From assembly GCA_951406725.2 (NCBI GenBank), contig OX597838.1:7192001-7256000 (forward strand): a DNA stretch of 64,000 nt, in the 5' to 3' direction. A program made the translations under genes and the position numbers. The stretch comes from Octopus vulgaris. Lineage: Eukaryota. Each line of letters begins with the position of its first letter. Position 1 is the first letter of the stretch. Below the pieces are notes generated by a model. It was given only the letters and a program-made list of their open reading frames with translations. It was not told where the DNA came from and did no database searches. Below, piece after piece: positions 26,632 through 41,425 of the stretch.

Positions 26632-28004
26632 CATACATACTTACATACTAAGTGCTACTTTCAGTCTCCATTCACAAGGCTTTTGTTGGCTCGAGATTAT
26701 GGAAGAACTTGCCCTCAGTAGGCCTCAACGCAAAACCATGAGGTTGTGAGACAGCCCTTGCCTCACAGCCATGCATGTGCCTTATCAGGTTTTATTTTTA
26801 TAGTGAATTTTTATCAAGTTGAATTATCCACTCCTTGTCCCATTTGATATTGCATGGTTTTCTCTATTATAGTTTTTCTTTAAAGAGGAAAGGTAAAGGT
26901 GATCTCGAGTTCTCACTTTTATATATAGCATTGTAAATGTGTCAACAACAGCAACAGGAGGAAAATATCGATGACATGTGACGACAAAAATCCTGATGCT
27001 TATAGATAATATATTAGGCATAAAGTCGTAGATGGCATGTTGAAAGTTAGTATGACACTTAACGTTTGTTTTGATATCTAAATATTAAATAACTAACTGC
27101 GCATGATTTTTCAATATTTATGTTTACAGTGCAAGTAAAATACGACATATAAAATAAAGACCGCAAGACATCTGAGAGAATAAAAGCCTGTGAAGAAAAG
27201 ATTGAAATAAGTTGAAATACAGAGGAGAAGTCGTATAACGAACCCCCTAATTCTTTCGCCGATGAGTGACACATTTGTACATTCACATGTGTGTGCTACG
27301 TGGCTGAATGGTTAAGTAACCTGGTTTGCAATCAGAAGCTTCCAGTTTCTGTCCCAGCACGTGGCATCTTAGGTAAAGTTCTTTGATTATATTTGAGGTC
27401 CCTTCATGCATTGTGATTGAAATTGGTAAATGAAGACTGATTTAACGGCGCAATTTTTGCAATGCATTCTATCCTGCTGTTTGCGCGTGTCTGTAAAGTG
27501 TTCGCCCATTGCACGTTAATTTCACGAACAGACTGTTCCGTTGATGCAACGAACTGGAGTACTTCTCTTATTAACCAACGGAGAGCCACCTTGAGTTTAA
27601 CCAGTATGATGAGGATGGCTACTTACGAGGGCACCAAGCGAATAATAATTGCGTCTGCTACAGAAGGAATGTGTGGAACTTGGCGGGGCGAGTGGGTGAG
27701 GTAGTCAATTGCTTAGTTTCCAGTGCTCAGCTGTAAATTATTTCATCGACCTAATAATGGTTTTAAATGTTGGTACAGGGCCCGCTGCTTTAGAAGGAGG
27801 GCTAAGTCTGTTAGACTGACTCCAGGCATTTGACCTATACTAGTTATCGTCACAGAAATGATAAAAGGTAATTCTGACCTGGGAAGAACTAGAAACCGCA
27901 ATGTAAAATGTTTGCTATTATTTAGTTCACTCCTTTCTCTCTCGGTCTTATGTATATATATATATATTCTTTTATTCTTGTATTCTTTTACTTCTTTCAC
28001 TCAT

Positions 28005-28189
28005 TTCACTAAGGCCATGCTGGAGCACAGGCATTAGTCGAACAAATCGACCCCAGGACTTATTCTTCGTGAGTCTAGTACTTCTACTATCGGGCTCTTT
28101 TGTCAACCCGCTATGTTACGGGGACGTAAACAAACAACATCGTTTGTCAAGCGACGGTGGTGGAACAAACATATACATGGATATATATA

Positions 28190-28268
<79 letters not shown>

Positions 28269-28336
28269 TATATATACGTTTAAATATTTGTTGTGCAAGA
28301 TTTGGCTAAACTGGCAAAATGACCATTCCGAAATAT

Positions 28337-28404
<68 letters not shown>

Positions 28405-28576
28405 ATATGTATACGACAGGCTTCTTTCAGTTTCCGTCTAACGATTCTCTCACAAGGATTTGGTCAGCCCGAGGCTCTGTTAGAAGAGACTTGTCCAAGG
28501 TACCACGTAGTGGAACTGTACCCGGAACCATGTGGTTGGGAAGCAAGCTTCTTAGCATACAGCCACACCTGCGCCT
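28005..28576 (-). mobile_element. SINE family A with expanded internal (TA)n
   Basis: 3' part 28005-28170 and 5' part 28412-28576 match the 36571 copy. Confidence 0.8.
28276..28343. mobile_element. Miniature (~68 bp) derivative of the Penelope-like element
   Basis: Reverse complement of 46115-46140 fused to a forward copy of ~46043-46085, inside (TA)n. Confidence 0.8.
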
Positions 28577-28586
28577 ATATATATAT

Positions 28587-28926
28587 GCATGGCTCAGTGG
28601 TTAGAGCGTCGAGCTTACGATCGTGAGGTTGTGAGTTCGATTCCCGGAACCGGGCAGCGTGTTGTGTTCTTGAGCAAGGCACTTTATTTCACGTTGCTCC
28701 AGTTCACTCAGCTGTAGAAATGAGTTGCGACGTCACAGGTGCCAAGCAGTATCGGCCCCTTTGCCTTTCCCTTGGATAACACTGGTGGCGGGGAGAAGGG
28801 AGGCCGGTATGCATGGGTGACTACTGGTCTTCCATAAAAAAAAACAACCTTGTCCAGACTTGTGCCTCAGAGGGTAACTCTCTAGGTGCAAACCCATGGT
28901 CACTCATGACCGAAGGGGGTCTTTAC

Positions 28927-28930
<4 letters not shown>
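28587..28930 (+). mobile_element. tRNA-derived SINE (B-related family)
   Basis: TGGCTCAGTGG A box, GAGTTCGATTCC B box, body GTTCTTGAGCAAGGCACTTTATTTCAC; decayed relatives near 35385, 55500-55670 and 56500. Confidence 0.8.
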
Positions 28931-29021
<91 letters not shown>

Positions 29022-29149
29022 GTATATCTATATTCTTGCTCTTTCGCTTCCCTCATTTTCTTGTTCATTCTCTTCCCCTTTCTCATTTTCTTGCTCTTCG
29101 TCCCCCAATATATATCCCATGTCCTCCTCCCTCTCCTCTTCCATTTGTT

Positions 29150-29352
29150 CTCTCCCTCTTTCTCCGTTGCATCCCAGTTTGTCTCTCCTTCAATAACTCT
29201 ACCTCTTTCTCCGTTGCATCCCAGTTTGTCTCTCCTTCAATAACTCTCCCTCTTTCTCCGTTGCATCCCAGTTTGTCTCTCCTTCAATAACTCTCCCTCT
29301 TTCTCCGTTGCATCCCAGTTTGTCTCTCCTTCAATAACTCTCTCTCTTTCTC
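29150..29352. repeat. 47-bp minisatellite, ~4 copies
   Basis: CTCTTTCTCCGTTGCATCCCAGTTTGTCTCTCCTTCAATAACT repeated. Confidence 0.95.
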
Positions 29353-29549
29353 CCTCACTCCTTCAATGCTTCTCTCTTACTCTCTAGATCTCCCAATACG
29401 TCTATCCTTCTTTCAGCCTCTCTCGTCGTCTTCTCCATTCTTTTCTTCTCCTCATACCCCTCCTCCCGGTATCTTCACTCAACCTTTTCTTTCCAGCTAT
29501 TCATTCTCTTTACCACACTTTCTAGTCTCTCGCCCTGCTCTCCCTCTCT

Positions 29550-29735
29550 CTCTCTCACTTTGTATCATTGCCCTTCTTTCTCTCTCTCTCTCTCTCTCTT
29601 TGAATCATTCACAATATTTCTCTCACACTCTCTCTCACTCACTATCGTTCACCTTCTTTCTCACTCTTTTTCTTTCTCTCTTTCCCTCTCTCTCTCACTC
29701 TCACTCTCTCTCAACCTTTGTATCATTGCCCCTCT

Positions 29736-29777
<42 letters not shown>

Positions 29778-29911
29778 AATCATTCACAATATTTCTCTCA
29801 CACTCTCTCTCACTCACTATCGTTCACCTTCTTTCTCACTCTTTTTCTTTCTCTCTTTCCCTCTCTCTCTCACTCTCACTCTCTCTCAACCTTTGTATCA
29901 TTGCCCCTCTT

Positions 29912-29942
<31 letters not shown>

Positions 29943-30080
29943 GAATCATTCACAATATTTCTCTCACACTCTCTCTCACTCACTATCGTTCACCTTCTTT
30001 CTCACTCTTTTTCTTTCTCTCTTTCCCTCACTCTCTCACTCTCACTCTCTCTCAACCTTTGTATCATTGCCCCTCTTTCT

Positions 30081-30123
<43 letters not shown>

Positions 30124-30430
30124 AATCATTCACAATATTTCTCTCATTCTCTCTCTCACTCACTATCGTTCACCTTCTTTCTCACTCTTTTTCTTTCTCT
30201 CTTTCCCTCTCTCTCTCACTCTCACTCTCTCTCAACCTTTGTATCATTGCCCCTCTTTCTCTTTCTCTCTCTCTCTTTGAATCATTCACAATATTTCTCT
30301 TACTCTCTCTCTCACTCTCTTTCACCTTCTTTCTCACTATTTTTCTTTCTCTCTTTACGTCTCTCACTCTCTTTCACTTTTTTTCTTCCTCCCTCTCCCC
30401 TCTCTCTCTCTCAACCTTTGTATCATTCAC
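29550..30430. repeat. CT-rich tandem repeat, ~160-180 bp unit, ~5 copies with variable (CT)n
   Basis: TTTGTATCATTGCCC..TTGAATCATTCACAATATTTCTCT recurs at ~29558, 29716, 29891, 30057, 30237. Confidence 0.9.
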
Positions 30431-31210
30431 CCGCTCTCTCTCCCTATCCCTCCCTTCGCTCACATTCGTTCCATTTCTTTCCCCTCGCATCATTTCTCTC
30501 TTGACATCACTCTTTCTATCACATTCCATCCTTTATCATAGTCTTCCTCCTCCCACCTCTTGTATTTCTTCCTTTCATCTTTCATCTTCACGTTTCGTTG
30601 TTCCTCTGTCAAAGCTCTCACGCAACCACTGCCACCATCTCTCTCTCTCTCTCTCTCTCTGTCACTTCCTCCGTCTCTCTCTCTCTCTCTCTCTCCCTCT
30701 GCATCTAGCTCTCTAGCTATTTAGCTCTCTCCATTGCTATTTTTCAATTCATTTCCTTGTCTTCATCAAGCACTCCCTCTGTCTCCTCCTCCCTCTCTAG
30801 ATCTCACAGTTGCTGCTTTGAATTCTTTTTCTTGTCCCCATCAAACAGCATCTCGCTCAGTCTCTCTCCCTAAATGTTTCACTCCTATTCAATGTAATAA
30901 AACGACAAGATATTAAATGTGCATCAAAACACAAATCAAATGAAATTGGTTATTTATGCATTTATGGTATTTTTATTTCAATGAAAATACATTTGAGAAA
31001 CAACCGCCAAATATATAGGCTACAGAGAACCACGGGAGGATGTTGATTCACACACAAGTTTTACCATCTGCTCAGAATTTAGAATTTCATTTGTATGTAT
31101 GTATGTATGTATGTATGTATGTATATATGCATAAAAACACGTATACACATACACACACTCTCTCTCTATCACACACACACAAACACAAACACAAACACAT
31201 ATACGTATAT

Positions 31211-31246
<36 letters not shown>

Positions 31247-31336
31247 GTATACATATATATATATATATACCTATCTATGTATGTATATGTGTACGTATGC
31301 CTTTTCTACGTGTGTATACAGTACGTGAATACACAA

Positions 31337-31420
<84 letters not shown>

Positions 31421-31596
31421 ATCTATGTATGTATATGTGTACGTATGCCTTTTCTACGTGTGTATACAGTACGTGAAGACTAACAATTAATTTCCATACG
31501 CAAATAGCTATACACTTACCGATTTTATTTTGTATGTGTACGTATATATATAGGCTTGTATGTAATAAACAGACACAGCTACCAACAACCACATAA

Positions 31597-31637
<41 letters not shown>

Positions 31638-32316
31638 TATGTGTATGTACGCACAGTATCAGCGTTCCTGTGTTGTCTCCAGAATGGGGGTTTATGCTTC
31701 CTACACGTGTGTATATATGCACCAAACCTGTCCTCGCTTGTGTGTTTTCAAGCATAATGAAGTCAATATATTCCTATATAAAAGATGGTTGCGTAGTGTT
31801 CAGAAACGATTGTTATTGTGTTGGCGCTCCTTTATGCATGCGTGCATCTGTGTGGAATTTTGTTGCTGGAAGCGAAGGCAGTGCGCAAAATTAAAAAGAG
31901 AGAGAAAAAAAAATATTTGTAAAACAAAATGGCTGCCAACCTCATAAATTCGTCGTTGCGCTTTAAGCAAAGAATCCATTATTGAATTTATATACATTAA
32001 CTTCAAATATGAATTTCTGCTGCTAATGAAATAAGCCTCAGAATATAGTTGGGAATAATAAACAAGGGGCACATCGTTGCTTTTACTATTATTTCTTTCT
32101 TATTTATTTATATTTTATATTATTCTATTTTTTTAATGTTGTTTTCGTGGTTTCTTTTCGTTTCTTTTTCACTGGGTTTTTATAGTCGTCCTTTCTTGCT
32201 ACTGTTGAGAATATTATTTTGTTATCATTGTTGTTGTTAAAGTTGTTGATGTTTTTGCTGTTGATGTTGCCTTTGCTGTCGTTTTGTTTGTTGCTCATGT
32301 TGATGATGACGATGAA

Positions 32317-32317
<1 letters not shown>

Positions 32318-32351
<34 letters not shown>

Positions 32352-32359
32352 TGATGATG

Positions 32360-32417
<58 letters not shown>

Positions 32418-32591
32418 CTACGACGACGACAATGATGAGGATGATGATTATTATTATTAAGGTGGTGGTGGTGGCGGTGGTAAGAAGAAGAAGAAGAAGA
32501 AGAATACATTCGTTAATGTTATTACTTATTATCATCAGTAATATTATTTTTCGTAATGCTATAATAATAATAATAACAATAATAATAATAA

Positions 32592-32622
<31 letters not shown>

Positions 32623-32635
32623 AATAATTCTTTTT

Positions 32636-32666
<31 letters not shown>

Positions 32667-32684
32667 TTATTATTATTATTATTA

Positions 32685-32725
<41 letters not shown>

Positions 32726-32729
32726 GTGA

Positions 32730-32821
<92 letters not shown>

Positions 32822-33224
32822 ATTATTAATATTATTATTATTGTTATTATTATTATCATTATCGATATTATTATATTCACCGTTATTAATATTATTATTG
32901 ATTTAGAATTAATAAGATAATTGAAAAGTGATTAACACACAGCTATTAGCATTTCACGAGATATATAATAGTGAATCTAGTGGGAAGTTTTATTAAGACT
33001 TCTTTACACGTAGCTGCCGTATAATTTCAAACATTAACAACAACAACATCAATGCTAGAACTTATAAAGTATTCCATGAAGATGACGTATTTGGAGGAAT
33101 TGGTTTTCCTTTTTATAGTCTTTTTTTTGGTGGGGGACGGGGTGGGGCGCGTTGGCGAATATCCGTTTTGAGGTTTGTTGTGATGTTCCTACCTTTATTA
33201 TTATTATTATTATTATTATCATCA

Positions 33225-33269
<45 letters not shown>

Positions 33270-33588
33270 TTAATATTATTATTATCATCATTAAGACGGC
33301 AAGATGGCAGAAACGCTAGCACGCCGGTATTTCGTCTGTTTTTTTGCGTTCTGAGTTCGAATTCCATCGAGGTCGACTTTGGCTTTCATCCTTCGAGATC
33401 GATAAATTAAGTACCAGTTGCGTACTGGGGTCGCTCTGATCGACTGGTTCCTTACACCAACAGTTTCAGGCGTTGCGCCTCTAGTAGAAAACAAGTCTTA
33501 TTTTTGTTATTAATATTATTATTATTATTGTTGTTGTTGTTGTTGTTGTTGTTGTTATTGTTGTTGTTATGATCATTATTATTGTTAT

Positions 33589-33643
<55 letters not shown>

Positions 33644-33701
33644 ACTACTACCACTACTACTACCACTACCACTACTGCTGCTACTACTGCTACTACTGCT
33701 G

Positions 33702-33740
<39 letters not shown>

Positions 33741-33810
33741 TGACTATTAATATTAATATTATTATTATTATTATTATCATCATCATCAGCAGCAGCAGCA
33801 GCATCATCAT
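32318..33810. repeat. Compound trinucleotide microsatellite field (AAT/ATT/AGA/CTT/ACT/GTT) with a SINE C copy at 33292-33492 (+)
   Basis: Direct inspection. Confidence 0.9.
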
Positions 33811-36442
33811 TATTGTTATATTTTTTTATTCATTTGCTTATTCGTTTTTTTTTAAATTTTATATTTGAGATGCGGATACCCTTTTGTATTCAATGATTTT
33901 TGCTCTTAAAAGTGTGAAGCATTGCTGACATAGGGGTAGCATGAGAAAAACATATACACGGCTGTTTATCTTCCATCCGTTCACATTCCCTTTTCAAATC
34001 CCGTTGGATTCGATCTAATCTTTCATCTTCCCGTGATTGACGAAATAATTTCCACAAAGATTTTGCATAAGTGTTTGTTTATATTTACCTACTTCACATG
34101 CTACCATACGCAGTTTTGTATCAATTTTGCACCACGACAGCAGATTGATTCTGTTGTAAAATTCTATCGAGAAAAGCAGTTTGAAAGGTGTATCAATATT
34201 TAACATATTAAAACAGCTTGCAGCACTAAGTTATTTGTGCAAAATTTCGGTGTAGCTTTCTAATCAACCATCTACCGATCTATGGTAAAATTCAGTATCA
34301 GAAACACTCTTCATATGTACTCCTGAGTAGCAATTAAAACATCAAACGAACGCTAATTATCTTATCAATAACTAATTAAGAACCACTCTAGAACTAGGTA
34401 CTAATATGATCACTTGTTCGCTCCATATTGCCTTGTAACTATCTTAGTAATAACTATTTATGATTTAGCATGATTTTCACATGCCGGCCTCATTTGAGAC
34501 ACGTACCGACATGAAAATATCAGCGATAGAATTCTTCTCGTCATATCTAACACAGTACACGATCGCATCTCTATGCCTACAGATCCTCAAATATATTTAA
34601 TTGTTCTGTACATTAATTACAAACACCGCTGAGACCTTAAAGTATGATGCAAGCATTCATGACTATTACGGCTTCTAGTAAAGCCACGTGACTTACTGGA
34701 TAGCATGTTGGACTCATGTTGGACTTTTGGTTATCATTCCTGGAACCAGTATTGCATTGTGTTATTGAGTAGAGCTCTCTAGTTCGCGTTGGTCTATTCC
34801 ACCCAACAAGCAAAAATGGGTAATTTAGTGAACAGACCTGGCAATGGTGGATCAGCGTTGAAAAAAAACGAACAGCAGAAAACATCCGGACGCAATATGG
34901 ACCTACCCTAGTTATGATTAAAAAATCAAATCCGCTATACACAGAGGGTTTCACAGATCAGAGTACTCCTCCCTTCGGAATTTCAATAGATGTAAACACA
35001 ATAAATATTGTTTCATCAGTTTAGGACAATATTTATATCATTCGCATCACTGAAGTAATATTGCACGTCACTTTATCTTGTCTTCTACAACATACAACAA
35101 TCCGTCGAATGCAACACTAACCAGTTGGACTCAAAATGTATGACGATATTTCCTAGCTGCTCTGCATATTCCTGCAGTTATATAGCTATCACATAATAAT
35201 ATTTCCCTTTATGACCAGAAAATAACTTCAACTATGTTATGTTGCTGATATTCTGCAGTTTTCATGTCTTGAATTATGATGCTGCTACAATCATCCCATT
35301 TCAATTCTATATAAAAAAAAACAAACAATGGTTTATGACGGAACGCGCTGCAATTTCTGACTCATTCAATGTATACTGGAGAGTCGCGTGGCCGAGTGGT
35401 TTGGGATTTTGGACTCATGATGGTAACACTTCTGTTTCGATTCCTAGTTCGGGCGATGCACTGTGTTCTTGAGCAAAACACTTCATTTTCACACTGTTCC
35501 ACTCTATTTAATTTGCAAAAAGGAGTAATTCTGCGATGGCTCGACTTACCGTCTAGGTGAGGAATTTATACGCCTCAGAAACCAGAAAAACGGAACTTGT
35601 GGATCTACATGTCCCTGGGGGAATTTCACTTTTTCTGTACAATGTAGATTCATGTCTGTTGATACACAGCAACAAGTACTGTGCATATAACAATATAATG
35701 CAGTTGAGAATCTCTTACCCGGAAGTTTGGAGTATTTTGATATTTGTATCTATATTCAACCCAAGTCTGAACACAATATCCACTTACATTACAAAATGTA
35801 GCTTAGGCTTATACTCCGGATATAGTATTATATAACTATTTAGTTATAGTTCATAGATGCTATCAGAAATAGTAATTTGTGATCTCTCCCAACGATATAA
35901 TGCTTTCCTTAAGGGATTATAGTACACACACGCCATTTTGTATTCTATATTTTAGTATAATGGTGTTACGTTTTATGAACGTAGTTTCAAATACATGAAG
36001 TATTTTACTTTTAAAGTAATGCACAAGAGATGACGCTCGTCAAGCTACACGAATACATCTAAGGAAAAGAAACTTTGTGATTACGGTACACAAAAAATCC
36101 TTCCCACCTGTTATTGGAACTTTCTATTCCTATCGTGTCATGTCAACAAAAACTGTCGGATTTTGTCGTGTTTTAGGTCTGGGAATTTCATATAAAAGAT
36201 TTCCAACTCAATTATATAAGTAAATGTATTGAAAGAACCAAATTACATTCGTTTCAGATTTGATCGAAGGCATGAACTGAACAAGGAGATACTGTTCTGA
36301 GCCTGTTGCTTCTTAGTAAAAGTCCGTTTAGTAAAATTTGGTTGTTGAACGTTTTAAAATAATGATATCCAGAAATGGGTGCTGTTCCCTACTATATTCC
36401 ATTGTAATTTGGATGTTAGGGTTTATATTCTTCAGCGTGGAT

Positions 36443-36560
<118 letters not shown>

Positions 36561-36570
36561 ATTTATATAT

Positions 36571-36732
36571 GGCGCAGGAGTGGCTGTGTGGTAAGTAGCT
36601 TGCTAACCAACCACATGGTTCCGGGTTCAATCCCACTGCGTGGCATCTTGGGCAAGTGTCTTCTGCTATAGCCCCGGGCCGACCAATGCCTTGTGAGTGG
36701 ATTTGGTAGACGGAAACTGAAAGAAGCCTGTC

Positions 36733-36794
<62 letters not shown>

Positions 36795-36993
36795 TTGTCC
36801 CCCTAGCATTGCTTGACAACCGATGCTGGTGTGTGTTTACGTCCCCGTCACTTAGCGGTTCGGCAAAAGAGACCGATAGAATAAGTACTGGGCTTACAAA
36901 GAATAAGTCCCGGGGTCGATTTGCTCGACTAAAGGCGGTGCTCCAGCATGGCCGCAGTCAAATGACTGAAACAAGTAAAAGAGAAAAGAGAAA

Positions 36994-36995
<2 letters not shown>
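36571..36995 (+). mobile_element. Full-length tRNA-derived SINE, family A
   Basis: A box TGGCTGTGTGG, B box GGTTCAATCCC, internal (TA)n/(TG)n, tail GAAACAAGT(AAAAGAG)n; many copies in window. Confidence 0.9.
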
Positions 36996-37052
<57 letters not shown>

Positions 37053-37600
37053 ATATATGCATATATATATTTATATATATTTGCGTAACTTGTGACAGAT
37101 TATTCCTCTATGTACGTTCGTGTTTTGATTATCAGCATGAATAAAGATGATTAAAGACTCACAGAATCCTGAGCGTATCGTAGAAAACACTTATCGGTTT
37201 TTTCCTCCGGCCCTTTATGAGGGAGTTCGGCCGATATCGATTATTCCATTCATCATTTACGGGTCGAAATATTAAGGACCAGTTGAGCATTTATGTCAAT
37301 GTAATTGACCTGTCATCTCTTCCCAAATACCAGGGTTTTTTTTTATTATCTATAACAGAGTAACGATTATTATTAAGGTTGGTTATAGCCTTATAGTCGT
37401 TACCAAACCGACTAAAAATATTACTGACCCTTCTTACGCTTCTTCATGTTGTGACTTCAAATATATACGATGTAGACTTTGCCTTTCTTTGTTTCGAGGA
37501 CAATAAAATAAGTACCACATGTAATTGAATAACATATCCACGCCAGAGCTTCTAGCCTTGTGCTTCTTGTGCTTTATTTATATTTATATATATATATATA

Positions 37601-37655
<55 letters not shown>

Positions 37656-37657
<2 letters not shown>

Positions 37658-37791
37658 TCACAATCAAGGAACGGCCATAATAGGCCATTCACCCACTAGA
37701 AATAACAGCCAAAGCTTCAACTGCGGTTGAAGCTTTGGCTGTTATTTCTAGTGGGTGAATGGCCTATTATGGCCGTTCCTTGATTGTGATG
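37656..37791. repeat. Perfect inverted repeat, 66-bp arms, 4-nt loop (TGCG)
   Basis: 37656-37721 is the exact reverse complement of 37726-37791. Confidence 0.9.
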
Positions 37792-37886
37792 TTGAACTTA
37801 AAAATGGTCTATGACTATTTAATTTTTTCCCACTAGGCCGCTGGTGGCAAAAAAATTCTACAAAATTTTTTGCCACCCTATATTGA

Positions 37887-37962
<76 letters not shown>

Positions 37963-37975
37963 TTGTGTGTGTTTT

Positions 37976-38260
37976 GAGGCGCAATGGCCGAGTGGTTAGG
38001 ACAACGGACTCGCGGTCGTAGGATCGCGCTTTCGATTCCCAGGCCGGGCGTTGTGGGTGTTTTTGGGGCGAAAACACCTAAAAGCTCCACGAGGCTGCGG
38101 CAGGGGGAAGTGGCGACCCCTGTTGTACTCTTTCGCCCCAAGTTTCTCTCACTTTTTATTCATGTTTTTTGGGTAACGCTGCGATGGACTGGCGTCCCTT
38201 CCTGCTGGGGGGGGGGGCACATACGCCACAGAAACCGGGAAACCGGACCCATGAGCCTGA
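37976..38260 (+). mobile_element. SINE family B
   Basis: GAGGCGCAATGGCCGAGTGGTTAGG..TTCGATTCCC. Confidence 0.85.
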
Positions 38261-38671
38261 GTATATATATATATATGTATGTTTGTATATATGTATATAT
38301 GAATATAAATATGTATGTATATAAACATATATGTATGTACGTATATATATATACATATATATATGTATGTATACATATATATATATATGTATGTATATAT
38401 ATTTATATATATCTTTAGATATATACAAAAAAAATATAAAAATATAGATGCATGGAAATATAGATATACACGGAGACACGCGAAATAGAGAGGGAGGAGC
38501 AAAAACACACGCACAGACACACATACACACGCACCCACATGTCACATGATTAGAAAGGCGCGCGCGCAAATATATGTGTATGCGTGTGAGAATAGACATT
38601 ATCTACATATACTGAAGGAGGCCGATTCAGCATATATAGATGTACGTATGTATGTATATATATAAATAAAT

Positions 38672-38724
<53 letters not shown>

Positions 38725-39124
38725 TATATATATATGTAAAGTTACATATATATGCAAATATATATAAATTTTCCTATTTATATATATATATATCGATATA
38801 TATGTCTGGGGGTATGTATTTAGCCAGGTAGGTAGGTTGGAAGGTCGGTAGGTAAGTAGGTAAGTAGGTGGGTGTGTAAATATGTAGATAAGTAGGTAGG
38901 TAGGTGTGTGGGTATGTATATTAGTATAGGAATAAAAATTTGAAAGCCAAAATAGAAAGGCATACACGATACGTTTAGCGTGTGTACATATTTTTAACGT
39001 TGTGTATATGTCTGCATGCATATATATATTTAATTACAGGTTTATCTGTCCCCATCACTATCTCTCTTTAAATACACACGTATACATATACAAATACACA
39101 CACACACACACACACACACACACT

Positions 39125-39167
<43 letters not shown>

Positions 39168-39593
39168 AGGTATGTATGTATTATATATGTATGTATGTAT
39201 TATGTATGTATGTATACGTGCGTATGCGCGTTTGTGTTTGTGCGAACATATATATATATTATATATGTCACCATCTAACTATACATACAAGAAAACATAC
39301 ATATAATACAATATACTATGAATGTATAATCATAGAAATTTATTAGATTTCTTCTTCAGACACACACACACACACACGTATATATACATACTTTGATGAA
39401 GCCATCCGGGTTTGTAAGTACATATGCTTGCGAGTGTATGGACGTGGGTGTATATATAAATCTTCATGAGCTTCATGTATGCGTGCGTATAACGTTTTTA
39501 TCTTATCTCTGTCTATATGTTTGTGTATTCCTTAGAGTATTCTAATTAATTTTTATATATTTTATAATTTATATGTGCGTATAAATATACATG

Positions 39594-39628
<35 letters not shown>

Positions 39629-40005
39629 TTATGAATGCACGTATGTATGCATATATGTATGTATATATGTATAGATGCTTGTGTCTATTTGCATGCATGT
39701 GTGTAAGTATTGCAATACTTACCCGAATGAACATACAAAAGAATTATTGTACGAAGAAGAAAAAGTTCTAACGGAAATTAAAACCATTATAATGGTTTCA
39801 TTCATAATAGCAGCAAGAATTCTTCGATCGAATTTATTCGCGCCATTCTTAAGAAATCTGTAAAAATGTAAAGAAAGTAGTATAACAACTATGGCACTAA
39901 TGTTCTATGATTCCCATGCGCCTTTTTCAAATTCAATAGAAACGCGATGGTTTCAAAAATTCCTTACTCCTTCCCACTCTAACATCGCCGCTCTCTCCAT
40001 ACACG

Positions 40006-40038
<33 letters not shown>

Positions 40039-40257
40039 GTGTGTGTGTATATATATGTATGTACTCATATGTAATGACAATTATACATACTGGGATATGC
40101 GTATATGATTGTGTATGTTTCTCTATGGACCGATTTATGATATGTATATGTGCGTATGTGTGTGTATGTGTGTGTGTATATGTGTGTGTATGTGTGTGTG
40201 TACGTGTAAATGTAATTACATACAGGTATGATTACGCATGTAATATAAATATGTATG

Positions 40258-40288
<31 letters not shown>

Positions 40289-40568
40289 GCGTGTGTATAT
40301 ACCTGCATGTGTATGTATCTCCCTCTTTATATATATATATATATATATATAGTGTGTGTGTGTGTGTGTATACGTATGTTTGTTTGTGTTTGTGTATATG
40401 TGTGTGTGAGCGTGTTTGGTTGTGCGTGTACGTGTGTGTGTATTGGTATTCAAGTACATCAATACCTGGAGTCTGTCAGACTGACACAGATATATATGTG
40501 CATCTACTTATAGTTACAAACAAGTATATTTACAAACGTATGACCATATATGTACACACACACATACT

Positions 40569-40642
<74 letters not shown>

Positions 40643-40966
40643 TATATACAATCATATATATCGATTATATGTATGTGTATATATTCTATGTTGTGTACGT
40701 ATATATAAACCTGCCTTGGTTATGTGCATACGTGTATGTGTATGTGTAGGACAGATACCATAAAATAATATATTATCAATAAAACTTACAAGTATGTTAT
40801 TCAATGTAAAAATCTCTGTAAATGTTGTTTTGCATAAGGACTTTGGCACAGGCATTCCCAACCATCGACATCTCCCTTCCAAACACATACTTATAGTCAC
40901 GCTATCAGGAAGCGCATATTGGCACACGCATATCTTATCTACAGGTATACGTGTATAAATACCTAT

Positions 40967-40999
<33 letters not shown>

Positions 41000-41017
41000 T
41001 AATATATATATATAATA

Positions 41018-41425
41018 GGCGAAGGAGTGGCTGTGTGGCATGTAGCTTGTCTACCAAACCACATGGTTACGGGTTCAGTCCCACTGCGTGGCACCTTGGG
41101 CAAGAGTCTTCTACTATAGCCTCGGGCCGACCAAAGCCTTGTGAGTGGATTTGGTAGACGGAAACTGAAAGAAGCCCGTCGTATATAGGTATATATATGT
41201 ATGCGAGTGTGTATTTGTTTGTCTGTGTTTGTCCCCTAGCATTGCTTGACAACCGATGCTGGTGTGCTTATGTCCCCGTTACTTAGCGGTTCGTCAAAAG
41301 AGATCCGATAGAATAAGTACTGGGCTTACAAAAGAATAAGTCCCGGGGTCAAGTTGCTCGACTAAAGGCGGTGCTCCAGCATGGCCGCAGTCAAATGACT
41401 GAAACAAGTAAAAGAATAAAAGAAT
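41018..41425 (+). mobile_element. SINE family A, full length
   Basis: Colinear with 36571 copy. Confidence 0.9.

Noticed and set aside
36571-36645. tRNA genes at SINE heads (also 2104, 28587, 37976)
   Set aside because: A/B boxes present but no complete cloverleaf, and each continues into a repeated SINE body
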